The notes below the pieces were generated by a model. It ran no database searches, was not told where the DNA came from, and saw nothing but the letters and a program-made list of their open reading frames with translations. Below are positions 47,371 through 57,642 of a stretch of 64,000 bases of DNA, in pieces (the stretch's first letter is position 1; each line of letters opens with the position of its first letter). Both the position numbers and the translations under genes were made by a program. The stretch is taken from NCBI GenBank assembly GCA_965205975.1, contig OZ242195.1:768001-832000 (forward strand). Direction: 5' to 3'. The DNA is from Candidatus Latescibacterota bacterium. Its GTDB lineage: Bacteria > Latescibacterota > UBA2968.

Positions 47371-48786
47371 ATGGCACAGGCACAAAAACGACCACACATA
47401 CTCATTCTCACGGCGGACCAGCTACGGGCGGATTCCATGGGCTGCGCCGGTCATCCGCGGGTCAAAACGCCGGTCATCGACTCGCTTGCCAACGACGGCA
47501 TGCGGTTCAGCAATTGCCACACCGTGTCACCGGTCTGCCAGCCGTCGCGGGTATCGTTCATCACTGGCACCTACCCTCACAACCACGGCATCTGGTACAA
47601 CCGCGGCGAGCTGCCGATCAACTACCCGACGCTGTTCTCCCAATTGCGGGACGCTGGCTACCACACGGCAACCGTCGGCAAGTCGCACCTCTGGAGCCAC
47701 AAGAAGGTGTCTCATTTGTGCGAAGGCGAGCCGTATCTGCAAGCGCTCGGCTTTGACGTCATCGACGAACTCGGAGGACCGCGGGGGAGTCTCAACTCGG
47801 ACTCGTACTTCACCGACTACCTGCGCGAGAAGGATCTGTTCGAACTCTTTGTCAGCGACACGCGCGAACGGGTTCGCGACCCAAAGCTCGTCAAACCGGC
47901 GGCGTTTGAGGAGGACGATCACATGGACGGGTACGTGGGCAGGCGCTCGGTCGAGTTCGTCGATTCTGCGCCCGAGGATCGTCCGACCTGTCTGTTCGTC
48001 AACTTCCCCGGACCACATGATCCGTGGGACGCGCCGGGGAAGTACGCCACTATGTATGATCCGGCTGATTCGCCGCCCGCCATCGGCGTGCCACCACGCC
48101 CTGCCACGCTCCCCGACGAAGTCGCTCAGAAGGAGGACTTCAAGACGGAGCCGGGCCTGACTGCCGAAATCGCCGCTGCGATCCGGGCAAATTACGATGG
48201 CAAGATCACATTTGTCGATCACTGGTGCGGTGAGATCCTTGCGGCGTATGAACGGCGCGGCTGGCTCGATGATCTCTGCGTCGTGTTCTGGTCCGATCAC
48301 GGCGAAATGACCGGCGATCACGGCAGGGTGTTCAAACGCACCTTTCACGAATCTGCGTTGCGGGTCCCCCTGATCCTGCGCTGGCCTGGACGGATACCGT
48401 CGGGTACTGTCTGCGATGCTCTGGTGGAGACCATCGACGTCGGTCCTGCCTTGCTGGAAGCTTTGGGGCTCGACCAGTTGCAGATGTCCCTTGGGCAGTC
48501 GCTGGGGCATCTGTTCGCGGAGCCGACCGCGCACCACCGCACCGAGGTGCTGTCAGAGATTTTTTACGGCGGTTCGCGCAATACGATGGTGAAAACCGAA
48601 CGCTACAAGTACGTGATGGATCAGCACGGCATGGGGTACATGCTATACGACATGCAGCAGGACCCGGATGAACAGCACAATCTGATCGGCGATCCCGAGC
48701 ATCGGAGTACGGAGAACGAGATGCGGGACACGCTGCTTCGCCGCCTCGCGGCCAGCGCGTTTGTCATGGACAGCGTGAACCTTTGA
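47371..48786 (+). CDS. Sulfatase (Cys-type); the only intact plus-strand gene
   Basis: RPHILILTADQ, CQPSR, GKSH, SDHGE and LYDMQQDPDE motifs. Confidence 0.95.
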   Translation: MAQAQKRPHILILTADQLRADSMGCAGHPRVKTPVIDSLANDGMRFSNCHTVSPVCQPSRVSFITGTYPHNHGIWYNRGELPINYPTLFSQLRDAGYHTATVGKSHLWSHKKVSHLCEGEPYLQALGFDVIDELGGPRGSLNSDSYFTDYLREKDLFELFVSDTRERVRDPKLVKPAAFEEDDHMDGYVGRRSVEFVDSAPEDRPTCLFVNFPGPHDPWDAPGKYATMYDPADSPPAIGVPPRPATLPDEVAQKEDFKTEPGLTAEIAAAIRANYDGKITFVDHWCGEILAAYERRGWLDDLCVVFWSDHGEMTGDHGRVFKRTFHESALRVPLILRWPGRIPSGTVCDALVETIDVGPALLEALGLDQLQMSLGQSLGHLFAEPTAHHRTEVLSEIFYGGSRNTMVKTERYKYVMDQHGMGYMLYDMQQDPDEQHNLIGDPEHRSTENEMRDTLLRRLAASAFVMDSVNL

Positions 48787-48810
48787 AAATAGCCTCCGAG
48801 ACCGGCACGT

Positions 48811-49737
48811 CTAATTAGCAACGACTCTCTGATCAGAAGTACGCGTTTCGCCATCTTCAGCCCCAAAAGCCGCGTTGTCTTCGTCGTAATACCTGTTGTA
48901 TCGTATGTTATTCCCTCCGCTTACCCACACGGCGCGAAACAGCGTTTGTCGTTTTGGCGGCATTGTAGCAATCACTTCTTTGGGTACGCTGCGACCGCCC
49001 CATCTGCTGTTTACGGCATTGTAGAGGTGGAACAAGCTCAACCGCTGGCGATTTTTGTTTGTCCACCGAGTGCCGGTATGGCATAGTGCTTCTGTGAAGA
49101 TCAGCGCAGAACCTGCAGGACACGTATATGTATCCCAAATTTCGCTCTCGCGGGTGCTCAATGACTCAGGTCGTTGAAATGCTGCCTTGTGGCTGCCAGA
49201 AGCCAGCATGGTGCCCCCGTCGCCCGGTCCGATCTCATTCAATTCCCAAACCACGCGTGTCAATCCTGAATGCACCTTGCCCGGAAGCATCTGGTAGATG
49301 TGTGAATTTCCGATGAGATTAAAATAGCCGCTGCCCCCGTGAGGCTTGTATCGATCGTATCCCACCTCGCGATAGTCCGTGCGTGTGCGCTCAAATGTAA
49401 ACCCATAACAGTCCTCGGTTGCCAACTGCTGACTTGCAACGATCTCATTCAAAATCCCGACAATCACGGGATGATCCAGCAGTGCTTGGGAAGGGCCTCC
49501 CACCGGATTCCGTTCTTCTGGTGGGAGTGACTCAGGCTCCTTAACGAGCTTCATCTGGTGTTCGTGGATCTCTGCCAACTGATCGCCCTCAATTAATCCC
49601 GGCAGACAAATCCAGCCCTTCATATCAAACAGGTACTTGTGCTCTTCGCTCATGGGAACGACCGGGAGCCCATCGGCATTGGTTGTCGGTAACATTTTGC
49701 CCACATCAGGCTCCAGGTTTGGACGTCCTCGATTCAT
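48811..49737 (-). CDS. PhyH-like Fe(II)/2OG enzyme with HGG motif
   Basis: EHKYLFDMKGW, PHGG, GGT...GSHK and GSALIFTEALCH motifs. Confidence 0.85.
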   Translation of the reverse strand: MNRGRPNLEPDVGKMLPTTNADGLPVVPMSEEHKYLFDMKGWICLPGLIEGDQLAEIHEHQMKLVKEPESLPPEERNPVGGPSQALLDHPVIVGILNEIVASQQLATEDCYGFTFERTRTDYREVGYDRYKPHGGSGYFNLIGNSHIYQMLPGKVHSGLTRVVWELNEIGPGDGGTMLASGSHKAAFQRPESLSTRESEIWDTYTCPAGSALIFTEALCHTGTRWTNKNRQRLSLFHLYNAVNSRWGGRSVPKEVIATMPPKRQTLFRAVWVSGGNNIRYNRYYDEDNAAFGAEDGETRTSDQRVVAN

Positions 49738-49739
49738 AG

Positions 49740-50729
49740 CTAACTCCTTTCTTTTTTGGGTGAAAGCAGAAAATGGTCAAACCAGGCGACCATCTGCTCG
49801 AAGTACTCTACGAGAAAGCGATGATTGCCGTCGGGTTGATAGACTTTGAAACGATCGTCGTGCCCTGTTGCTACATAGGCTTTTTGTACAACGGGTATAA
49901 GAGCATCGACGCCTTGATGGGGCATGTCTTCGTCCCGGGTGGGCGAGATCATCATAAAAGGTCGCGGGGGCATGCAGGTGGCTACGACGCGCGGATGATC
50001 AAAATGACACAGGAAGTTGGGGATGTAGTAATAAGCACTGTGTCGTTCGTTGTCGCTCTGGTGAATGACGCTGGCCAGGCTGCCAAGGCCACCACAGACA
50101 GTTACGCCTGCTGCGATCCAGGATGCACACGCCATTGAATACCAGGTCGCGTTGCCGCCAAGCGACATGCCTGTCAGGCCAATGCGGCTTTTGTCAACGC
50201 CATTTATCGCGCAAAGAATTCGAGCGGCTCTGAGTGTTTCTTCGACGAGAATGCCCATCTGGCTTCGTCCATACGGAGCCAGGAGCTTGTTCTCGGTTGC
50301 CCATTCTTCAATGCTGCGGCGCCTTCCTTCTGTGCCTTTGATCGAGATGGCCAGTGTCGTGAACCCTCTTCGCGCGAGTTCACGTCCCCAGCCAATCAAT
50401 GGACCATCGGGAGATTGATGGAAGTGTGGATGCGCGACCCGTTCTGCAGAACCCGATGTGCCAGAAATGCATACGATTCCCGGTCGCAATTTTCCCGTAT
50501 GTCCAGGTGGTTCCATGAGGATGGCGGGAACGGTTTCGCGCAGTGAGTTCTGGTAGCTCAGATGGGTGACGCGAATGTCTTCGGTTTCGCGCGTTTCTGA
50601 GGTTGTAAAATCTACATTGTCAGGGACTGTAACCAGCCCCAGAAGCTCTATGAGCTTTGCACGGATATCTGAGTCGGCAAGGTCAGATGCGAATGCTGGC
50701 TGGATGTCAGGTGGTATGATAGGTGACAT
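49740..50729 (-). CDS. Alpha/beta hydrolase (dienelactone hydrolase-like)
   Basis: RIGLTGMSLGG nucleophile elbow, PRPF motif and C-terminal His (GNHRF). Confidence 0.85.
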   Translation of the reverse strand: MSPIIPPDIQPAFASDLADSDIRAKLIELLGLVTVPDNVDFTTSETRETEDIRVTHLSYQNSLRETVPAILMEPPGHTGKLRPGIVCISGTSGSAERVAHPHFHQSPDGPLIGWGRELARRGFTTLAISIKGTEGRRRSIEEWATENKLLAPYGRSQMGILVEETLRAARILCAINGVDKSRIGLTGMSLGGNATWYSMACASWIAAGVTVCGGLGSLASVIHQSDNERHSAYYYIPNFLCHFDHPRVVATCMPPRPFMMISPTRDEDMPHQGVDALIPVVQKAYVATGHDDRFKVYQPDGNHRFLVEYFEQMVAWFDHFLLSPKKERS

Positions 50730-50749
50730 ATCGAGAAACCTTTGTCATC

Positions 50750-51034
50750 TCACGGTTTTTGCACGACAAATTCCGGCCGTGGAATCATGCGTTCCGGATT
50801 TCGTTCGTAACCTCGTTTCCACAACTCCTCCACAAGCCTTCCACTTTTAGCCAGTTCTTCGCGAAGTGCCTGCTGGTCTGCCTTTGCCCTCTGATCAATC
50901 GCTTCCGGGCAGCACACCTGGTATAGCATTCGCCGAAGCCGAGCCAGTTTCTGAGACGCATCGGGATGTTCCGCAAGATCTCGCATCTCCAAAGGATCCT
51001 CTGCAAGGTCATCTTCGAAGATGATGGGTCTCAT
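50750..51034 (-). pseudogene. In-frame chimera: short foreign start plus choline-sulfatase-like C-terminus
   Basis: MRPIIFED|DLAEDPLEMRDLA...PEAIDQRAKADQ matches the terminal segment of sulfatases; the catalytic domain is missing. Confidence 0.75.
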
Positions 51035-51066
51035 TGTCCAGTCTCGGTCAGGATTGACAGCAGGTC

Positions 51067-51095
51067 AGTATAAAATTTAATCCAGCAAAGCACAA
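51067..51095 (-). promoter_or_regulatory. Putative sigma70 promoter
   Basis: TTGTGC-N17-TATACT. Confidence 0.5.
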
Positions 51096-51141
51096 GCGAA
51101 TCCAAATCTCTTTGGGCTTCCCGGGATTCTTTGGTTGCGGG

Positions 51142-52176
51142 CTATTCAAACCAATGAGGGGATTGCGGGCGCTTCGTGCGAATCGAATCCAGTGCTGCCT
51201 CACAGATAGAAACTATGCGCGCACCCCATCGAGCCGGGATCGGATTACTGATTTTGCCATCGAGCAGATTCAGATAATCGACCACAGAGCGTCCCCAGCC
51301 GTGTCCTCCAATCACTTCATGAACAGATGATTCTTCAATTGGAACTGGCTCATGGCCACGGCGGAAAAGTTGCCCTTTCCACAACGTGCCCTCGGTGCCA
51401 TATACGGCCAGAAAGCCACCGCCCATTCCCTCGCCCATGCCATGTCCGGAGCAGCCGCTTGTCACAAAGACTTTGCCTGTGACGCCATTTTCAAATTGAA
51501 GGATCACAATATAACAGTCATCATCTGGAAATACCGGGATGCTGAGCTTATTGCTATAGGCATAGACCTCCGCAACCGGGGATTCGACGGTCCACAAAAT
51601 CAGATCAAGGGGGTGGCAGCCGCCGCCCAGCAGGATATTCTGAGGATTTTGCCGATCAATGCGCCAGGGTGTGTGGTTTTTGCCCTCGGGTGAATAATGA
51701 CTCCACATGTCGTGGATGTAATCGCCCTGGACAAAGAAAACATCGCCGATCTCACCGGATTGGGCCATCAGTGCCATTTCGTGCCAGGGATGCAGGTAGC
51801 GCATGGTTTGGTCGGTCATGACGTGCCGGCCACTCTTTGCTTCTGCGTTGAGGATGCGTTGGGCATCTGCCACTGTGGTGGCAAGCGGTTTTTCCACCAG
51901 GACGTGGCAGCCCTGCTCCAATGCCATGACAGTCTGGCCGGCGTGCAAGTGATCCGGTCCTGCCACGACTACAACATCGGGTTGCGTTTCTCGTAAGAGT
52001 TGAGCGTACTCGTGGCCAGTCGAGGCATCGGGATATTGCTCATGCATCATGTCCAACTGTGCCTGCTGTGGATCGACGAGCCCCACAATTTCTCCACGTC
52101 CATCAGCGGCGGCTACCCGGGCCACGTTACGGCCAGCGCTTCCACAGCCGCTAATCAAGAATTTGTAAGGTTTCAT
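51142..52176 (-). CDS. Gfo/Idh/MocA oxidoreductase
   Basis: GCGSAG, HVLVEKP and GCHPLD motifs; likely start ATG 52176. Confidence 0.92.
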   Translation of the reverse strand: MKPYKFLISGCGSAGRNVARVAAADGRGEIVGLVDPQQAQLDMMHEQYPDASTGHEYAQLLRETQPDVVVVAGPDHLHAGQTVMALEQGCHVLVEKPLATTVADAQRILNAEAKSGRHVMTDQTMRYLHPWHEMALMAQSGEIGDVFFVQGDYIHDMWSHYSPEGKNHTPWRIDRQNPQNILLGGGCHPLDLILWTVESPVAEVYAYSNKLSIPVFPDDDCYIVILQFENGVTGKVFVTSGCSGHGMGEGMGGGFLAVYGTEGTLWKGQLFRRGHEPVPIEESSVHEVIGGHGWGRSVVDYLNLLDGKISNPIPARWGARIVSICEAALDSIRTKRPQSPHWFE

Positions 52177-52216
52177 GGCAAATATCTCAATTTTTCTGAA
52201 AACCGAATGTTCACTA

Positions 52217-52999
52217 TCACCTTTTTGCACTAATTTCAGCGATGGTGTCGCCGGTTATTTTGACGGTGTGGGTATCTACTCGCTCAACGTCCTCACGGGT
52301 AGCCCTGGCTTCGGCACTATCAGCGGACTGATATTCGGTCGCGAAAATATACGGAGATGGGATTGTATAAGGTGCGATTTCCCCGATTCGCCCCATGGCC
52401 TTGCGAGCGCGTTCTCGGAGCAGATCCCGAGCTTTGGTGGGGGAGAGGGTGAGTGCAGCTGTGCGGCTGAGCCCCTCTTTCACGACAACGCCTTCTATGT
52501 CGGGAACATAACGGCGGGCCTCATCTACAGCAGCCCGATCCCCACTGACGAAAACCGTAGGCACGCCAACCTCACCGGCATGCGCTATGTTGAAACCAAT
52601 TTCGCCGATCAGTTCATCGTTCAACCAGCAGTTGGCAATGCTTCGAGAACTCCAACTGTGACACAGCACGCCATCAGGTGTATTTTCCATCGCGTGATGG
52701 CCATACAAAAACTGCGCCTCAAATGTCAATCCCATCTCCCACGCAGAGCCTCTGGGGCGACCGAATATCACCCGGGCTTCACGGTGGATATGTTCGATAT
52801 TGATTCCGCCGCTGCCGTGTCCGTCCAGCACGATAGGGTCAGTGGCGCCTCCTTCCATAGCACCGTCTATGAGGGCGTTGATCTCCAGAGTGGCCAGATA
52901 TTTGGCCTGTTCGTTGTCGCGCCCCCCGTCGTATGTCTGAGTTTTGAAATCTACGACGCCAGCAGTGCCTTCCAAATCGCATAAGATAAGAATTCTCAT
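52217..52999 (-). CDS. M55 family D-aminopeptidase
   Basis: DLEG, DGHG, GHHA, HS, IGE and VSGD motifs. Confidence 0.9.
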   Translation of the reverse strand: MRILILCDLEGTAGVVDFKTQTYDGGRDNEQAKYLATLEINALIDGAMEGGATDPIVLDGHGSGGINIEHIHREARVIFGRPRGSAWEMGLTFEAQFLYGHHAMENTPDGVLCHSWSSRSIANCWLNDELIGEIGFNIAHAGEVGVPTVFVSGDRAAVDEARRYVPDIEGVVVKEGLSRTAALTLSPTKARDLLRERARKAMGRIGEIAPYTIPSPYIFATEYQSADSAEARATREDVERVDTHTVKITGDTIAEISAKR

Positions 53000-53126
53000 G
53001 GAAAGTCTCCTGATGAAATTGACGATGTTTCAAGTTGCCAAAATACATGATTGTGGGGCACTCCTGCAAGCAGAGATGCGCCCGCCTCTCTTCCGAAAGA
53101 TGCTTCGCCCAATTGCGTTTGACTTC

Positions 53127-53585
53127 GGCCTGGCGAGTTCGTATTCGCCGCCGAGGCAGATTCCGAGCACGGGCGACTTGCTGTGTGTGTGGAACCAGGT
53201 GTCGCGGGATGAGATCAAACGGGGCTATCGGCGGGGACGACTATCGGCGGCGATTTCCAGGGATAGTGGCGCGAATTGGGAGCGGTTCAAGGCAATTGAG
53301 GTGAGCGATGGTATGGAGGACGTGGAGCGGGTGGTGCCTCAGGAGCCGATTACGCCGGTGGTCGGGCTACCCGACGTGGGCACGTTGCCGGAGGGTTTCG
53401 CCACCTTCGACTATCCCAATGTGTGGTTTGCGGGCGATAAGGTGTACCTGACCTACCACCGGAGCTGGGTCGAAGTAGATGAGGACGCCGGGGAAGCGGT
53501 GACACTGGGGGAACGGAAAGGGAGGACGAGAAAGCCGCGCGAGATGGTGCTGCGCATTTATCCACTGGCGGAATTTTACCGCTGA
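53127..53585 (+). pseudogene. 5'-truncated sialidase/BNR_2 C-terminal remnant
   Basis: SPPRQIPSTGDLLCVWN...LSAAISRDSGANW...FDYP; no native start or N-terminal blades. Confidence 0.8.
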
Positions 53586-53593
53586 AATGTCGT

Positions 53594-54832
53594 TTATTCT
53601 ATTTCTGTATAGTCGGAGGTGAGGGTTAAATCACCCGACTTCACATTCATAAAGCAGGCGGTTGTTCCTTCTGGCTGCGTGGCGGTTACTACCCACTGCT
53701 CGGCCATCCTTTCCAGCTTTGCAGGTGATTCAATCCACTTCCTTTTGCCGGTTATCCCGGTATCAGCAGTTGATATCAGAAAAGCCTCATCCAATGGTCT
53801 TGATGATTCAAAAATTACTGTGAACTGTCGGCCCTTAGTCCTGGATGAAATTTGCCTGGCCCAGGGTTTGCCCTCTTTGACAACGCTGTCTGCGAAGGCA
53901 TAGCTGTCCGGAGGTTTCCAGCCGGCCTGGTGCCCGTGTCTCATGCCGGGGATCAGACATACCATGTATGGCCCAGATACAGTGCGATAGCAGGAGGCCT
54001 GCTTGTCCAATGGAAAGTGCTGGTCTCCTGGCCAGGAGAGCCACAGGGTCGGGGTTTTTACTTTTTTTAAGCGTAGCACAGGATCCCAGACCTGCTTGTA
54101 AAGGTCATTATTTCCAAGTGCCCTGCCGTATTGATTGGCCGCCTGGGACAGGTTCCCGCATCCGTACGTGGGAATGGCAAAAGCAAAGCGGTCGTCGATA
54201 CCGATAACCGTGCTTGCAATAATGCCTCCCCAGGAGATACCCATCAGGCCGACTTTCGTACTATCTACCTGTGGCAAGGAACGAAGGAGCGAGTTCGCGA
54301 GGATTGCATCGGCAACGGCGTGATACATCCATTGTTCTTCAATCGGTTTGTCGGAGTCACCGTAAATACCTGTGCGGGCGGGTCCTGACCATGGGTGTTT
54401 TTTCCACCTGTTGCGCCTATTGTCGCCGGGTTTCCCTATCTCCCGTTCATCTATCTGCCCTTCCACTGCGATACTGATTGCCGCGTATCCGTGAGCATTC
54501 CACTTTTCAACCCACTCCTTAAAGGCGGTTCCGCCACCGCCATGGATTAACACGATTCCCGGGACCTTGTGGCTCGACGATGCACCCTCAGGGATACCGA
54601 TCCATGCATAGACGCGGGTTGGTTTTCCCGCGTACATAAGCGCATCAAAGTAGATCGTTTTCAACTCTCCAGCACCAATACTGACGATTTGTTCCTTTTC
54701 ATTGCGGACAACAGGCGCATTTGTCAACTCTGCCAGTGCGCGTATTTTCAATTCCTCTGTGCGGTAATCAGCTTGCACGCTCAAAGTCCTCAACATTGCT
54801 GTTAGAATAATCGTCCAGTTAATCATTCTCAT
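53594..54832 (-). CDS. Secreted alpha/beta hydrolase (acetyl xylan esterase-like)
   Basis: Signal peptide, VLIHGGGGT, GLMGISWGG, DQHF and HGH motifs. Confidence 0.8.
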   Translation of the reverse strand: MRMINWTIILTAMLRTLSVQADYRTEELKIRALAELTNAPVVRNEKEQIVSIGAGELKTIYFDALMYAGKPTRVYAWIGIPEGASSSHKVPGIVLIHGGGGTAFKEWVEKWNAHGYAAISIAVEGQIDEREIGKPGDNRRNRWKKHPWSGPARTGIYGDSDKPIEEQWMYHAVADAILANSLLRSLPQVDSTKVGLMGISWGGIIASTVIGIDDRFAFAIPTYGCGNLSQAANQYGRALGNNDLYKQVWDPVLRLKKVKTPTLWLSWPGDQHFPLDKQASCYRTVSGPYMVCLIPGMRHGHQAGWKPPDSYAFADSVVKEGKPWARQISSRTKGRQFTVIFESSRPLDEAFLISTADTGITGKRKWIESPAKLERMAEQWVVTATQPEGTTACFMNVKSGDLTLTSDYTEIE

Positions 54833-54867
54833 TGTATTACTTCTGTTCTCCAAAAGTCTTGATCGCC

Positions 54868-56328
54868 CTATCTCCTGAAGGGCTTCCGCCTCATCGAAGA
54901 ATAGACGTCTTCCAAAGTTCCGGCCTTTTTATGCCATGCCAATGCCTGTTCATTGGCGTCTTTGACATACTTGAGCGCCTCGGTAATAGGCTTCCCCATA
55001 GGATCGAAATACCCGGTCTGAGACTTACCCGTAGCGTCATGCGTTCCAGCCCAGGTTTCGATATACCCACACGTCTGCCAGCCCAGCATAAAGGGCAGGT
55101 TCATGATGCCCTTTAAATATACGGCGTACTGTTTGCCTTTATCCTCAATTGTGGGGACTTCCACCCCTTTCACCTTATCCATATGGGGGCGCAGGAATCC
55201 ATAGGCGTGATCGCCGTTGATGATGGGCTTTCCAGTCTTTTCATAAATTCTCCGCAGTTTTTGTTCGTGAGCCGGCGTATAGAAATCGTAATCCTGGATC
55301 AGCACCACATCTACGTAATTTTTCACAATATCCCACACCCAATCGGGTTGGGGCCTCGCATTTTGTATTTTATCGCCAAAAATCAAATGATTGGAGTCGT
55401 GTTTCCTGATGGCATCGTGGTGAGCCTTGAGATAAGCGTCAACGATTTTTGCATTCATAAGTGCCTGATCGGTAAACCCCCTTTTGGGATCCTCGGGCAT
55501 ACCATACGCGCTTATTTCGAAAAAATCCTCCCACGCATTCACATTTAATCCGTACATTTCCCCAGCCTCAGCAGCGGAAGAATACTGACCCTGTAACACT
55601 CCAATCCAAACTCTCTTCCCTGGTGTCTTGCCGGGGCGAGACAAGATGTCCATGATCCAGGGATGGTGCTCAAAATTTCTAATTGGCTTTCCCAAATTGT
55701 AAATTGTGTAAGCGGGTAGGTCTTCGTAACTGTATCCTAACAGGTACTTTGAGTCCCTGTGCTTTGAAGTGTAAGCTTTGACAAAATGGTCGAGTTTTTG
55801 TTTCCAGGCAGGATCAAATACGTCGGGGAAGCGCTTGTCGGCTGACCACTGTTTGACCCGTTTGGGATGAACATGGCTCATTCTCAGCTTGCCGAAATAA
55901 TACAACTTCAATTCGTTGCAGTAATCCGTGGGCATTACGTGTGGATGATGAAAGGATAGGGTATTGAAACCGTAATCTTTGTGATCTTTAGCTATAATCT
56001 CCAGCCAGGTCCTGGCTCCTTCGGACTTAAAATCGACTCTTTTTCCCTTCATGATCCCGCCGCCGATTTTCTCGATCCAGTGTTCTTTGTTGTAACTGGC
56101 AAATCTGTGCAGGGGTCCCACGTGATTCATTCCAAGAGGAATAAAGGGTTCGCCATCACCGTTAATCATGGTCCAGATGCCGCCTACCTCTTCCAGGTGG
56201 ACAAAGTCTTTGTTCCCAATGATTCTAACTGCGTCTTCCTTGTCGATCTGAGCAAACGAATGACTAAACGCGGCTGTACAAAACAAGAAGAGCGTTGTTG
56301 ATCTGAATAGCGCTTGTGAAAGTATCAT
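54868..56328 (-). CDS. Secreted clan GH-A-like glycoside hydrolase (agarase/GH50-like)
   Basis: Signal peptide; GMNHV, GFNT, FPDVFDP, LLGY, HD-x-NHLIFG and KTGKPII motifs. Confidence 0.6.
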   Translation of the reverse strand: MILSQALFRSTTLFLFCTAAFSHSFAQIDKEDAVRIIGNKDFVHLEEVGGIWTMINGDGEPFIPLGMNHVGPLHRFASYNKEHWIEKIGGGIMKGKRVDFKSEGARTWLEIIAKDHKDYGFNTLSFHHPHVMPTDYCNELKLYYFGKLRMSHVHPKRVKQWSADKRFPDVFDPAWKQKLDHFVKAYTSKHRDSKYLLGYSYEDLPAYTIYNLGKPIRNFEHHPWIMDILSRPGKTPGKRVWIGVLQGQYSSAAEAGEMYGLNVNAWEDFFEISAYGMPEDPKRGFTDQALMNAKIVDAYLKAHHDAIRKHDSNHLIFGDKIQNARPQPDWVWDIVKNYVDVVLIQDYDFYTPAHEQKLRRIYEKTGKPIINGDHAYGFLRPHMDKVKGVEVPTIEDKGKQYAVYLKGIMNLPFMLGWQTCGYIETWAGTHDATGKSQTGYFDPMGKPITEALKYVKDANEQALAWHKKAGTLEDVYSSMRRKPFRR

Positions 56329-56375
56329 AACTGTTTCCTTTGGACCTGTTAGAAGTAGTGGCGGCTCGACGCCTT

Positions 56376-57545
56376 TTACATCTGTTTTGGAGCGTGCGAT
56401 TCCCGCAAAAACGCAGAGATCACAAAGAGTGCAAGGAATGCTGGAAGGACTGCCAGCAACAATGGATAGGCCATTTCACCTGTCACCCCGAGTGCTGCGA
56501 CTCCAAGCAGCGGCGCAATTAACAAAGAGAGATCCATGAGGGAATCAAATGCCCCCATGGCGGCTCCTATATATGACGTGTCAAACGCCTCCGAAGCGTA
56601 CACGAATGATAATAAGTATGGCACTGCATTTGTAAGACAGAAGAGAACGTAGAACCCTATCAGCAGGGATAGACTGTCGGCATAGACCAGTCCCACTCCC
56701 GATAGAACCAGGAGTCCGAGAGACGCGAGAACATAGATTTTTCGTCCCACTTTCTCAGAGATTGCTCCGGTGAAGTATGAGGATACACTGAATGCAAATG
56801 AACCGGTTGCCAGAATTAGCCCGATCTCCCAGGCCTCGAGTCCCAACACCTCGCCCTTTGTCGGCACAAACACTCCGAAAATCCCGAAGGCAAACAGACC
56901 TGCGAATCCCATCAGAAGATAGACGAATACGTGACTATTTCTAAAGGTTGCACCAAGGCTGCGAAAAACTCCCAGATTGTGCTCTGATGAGGCCCGTTCT
57001 CCGCCCTTGATCAGATAGAAAGCAGCACAGAAGGCCACGAGTGAGAGAAGCCCGTCCACAAGGAATGGTGCCCGAAGTGAAGCCAACGAAAGTGCTGCTC
57101 CTATGGCGGGGCCAACCACGAAGGACAGTCCCTGACTACTTCTGAGAATCCCGAAGAACCGCCCCGGAGCATCCTTGCCAAGCGTTGAAGTGATTGCCAG
57201 GAGAGCGGGCATTGAGATGGCATCAGCGACACCACCGAGGACTCGAAGAATTACCAAATGGCCCCAGTCGCTCGCAATCAGACACAAAAGAGATGAAACT
57301 GAACCGAGGGCCGTGCCTATCAGAATGAGACGTTTCCGTGAGAAGCGATCCGCAAGGGCACCTGCGAAGAATTGGGCGACTACCACTGTGGCAAGGGCGG
57401 CCGACACGACTATGGGTATCTGGTACGTTTCAGCTCCGAGTTCCGTGCTGAGTCTCGGCAATACGGGAAGGCTGACGAGAGTACTCAGAAAGATGATGAA
57501 CGCCATCAAGCCAATGGCATACATCCTGTGCAGATCAGATGTCAT
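56376..57545 (-). CDS. MFS transporter
   Basis: About 12 TM segments; GALADRFSRK motif A. Confidence 0.92.
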   Translation of the reverse strand: MTSDLHRMYAIGLMAFIIFLSTLVSLPVLPRLSTELGAETYQIPIVVSAALATVVVAQFFAGALADRFSRKRLILIGTALGSVSSLLCLIASDWGHLVILRVLGGVADAISMPALLAITSTLGKDAPGRFFGILRSSQGLSFVVGPAIGAALSLASLRAPFLVDGLLSLVAFCAAFYLIKGGERASSEHNLGVFRSLGATFRNSHVFVYLLMGFAGLFAFGIFGVFVPTKGEVLGLEAWEIGLILATGSFAFSVSSYFTGAISEKVGRKIYVLASLGLLVLSGVGLVYADSLSLLIGFYVLFCLTNAVPYLLSFVYASEAFDTSYIGAAMGAFDSLMDLSLLIAPLLGVAALGVTGEMAYPLLLAVLPAFLALFVISAFLRESHAPKQM

Positions 57546-57642
57546 TCCCCCTCCTCTATAGGGTAGGTTGTCGAATGGCAGAAGGAGTGCAGCGACTGAA
57601 GCACGGACACATGGTTAAGCGTCCGTATTGTTTTTTGTTATC

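Noticed and set aside
47527..48537. 336-aa minus-strand ORF and many similar shadow ORFs
   Set aside because: Antisense to clear GC-rich genes, with no recognisable motifs.
52944..53126. N-terminus of plus-strand ORF 52944-53585
   Set aside because: Overlaps the M55 peptidase start in antisense; sialidase-like sequence begins only near 53127.
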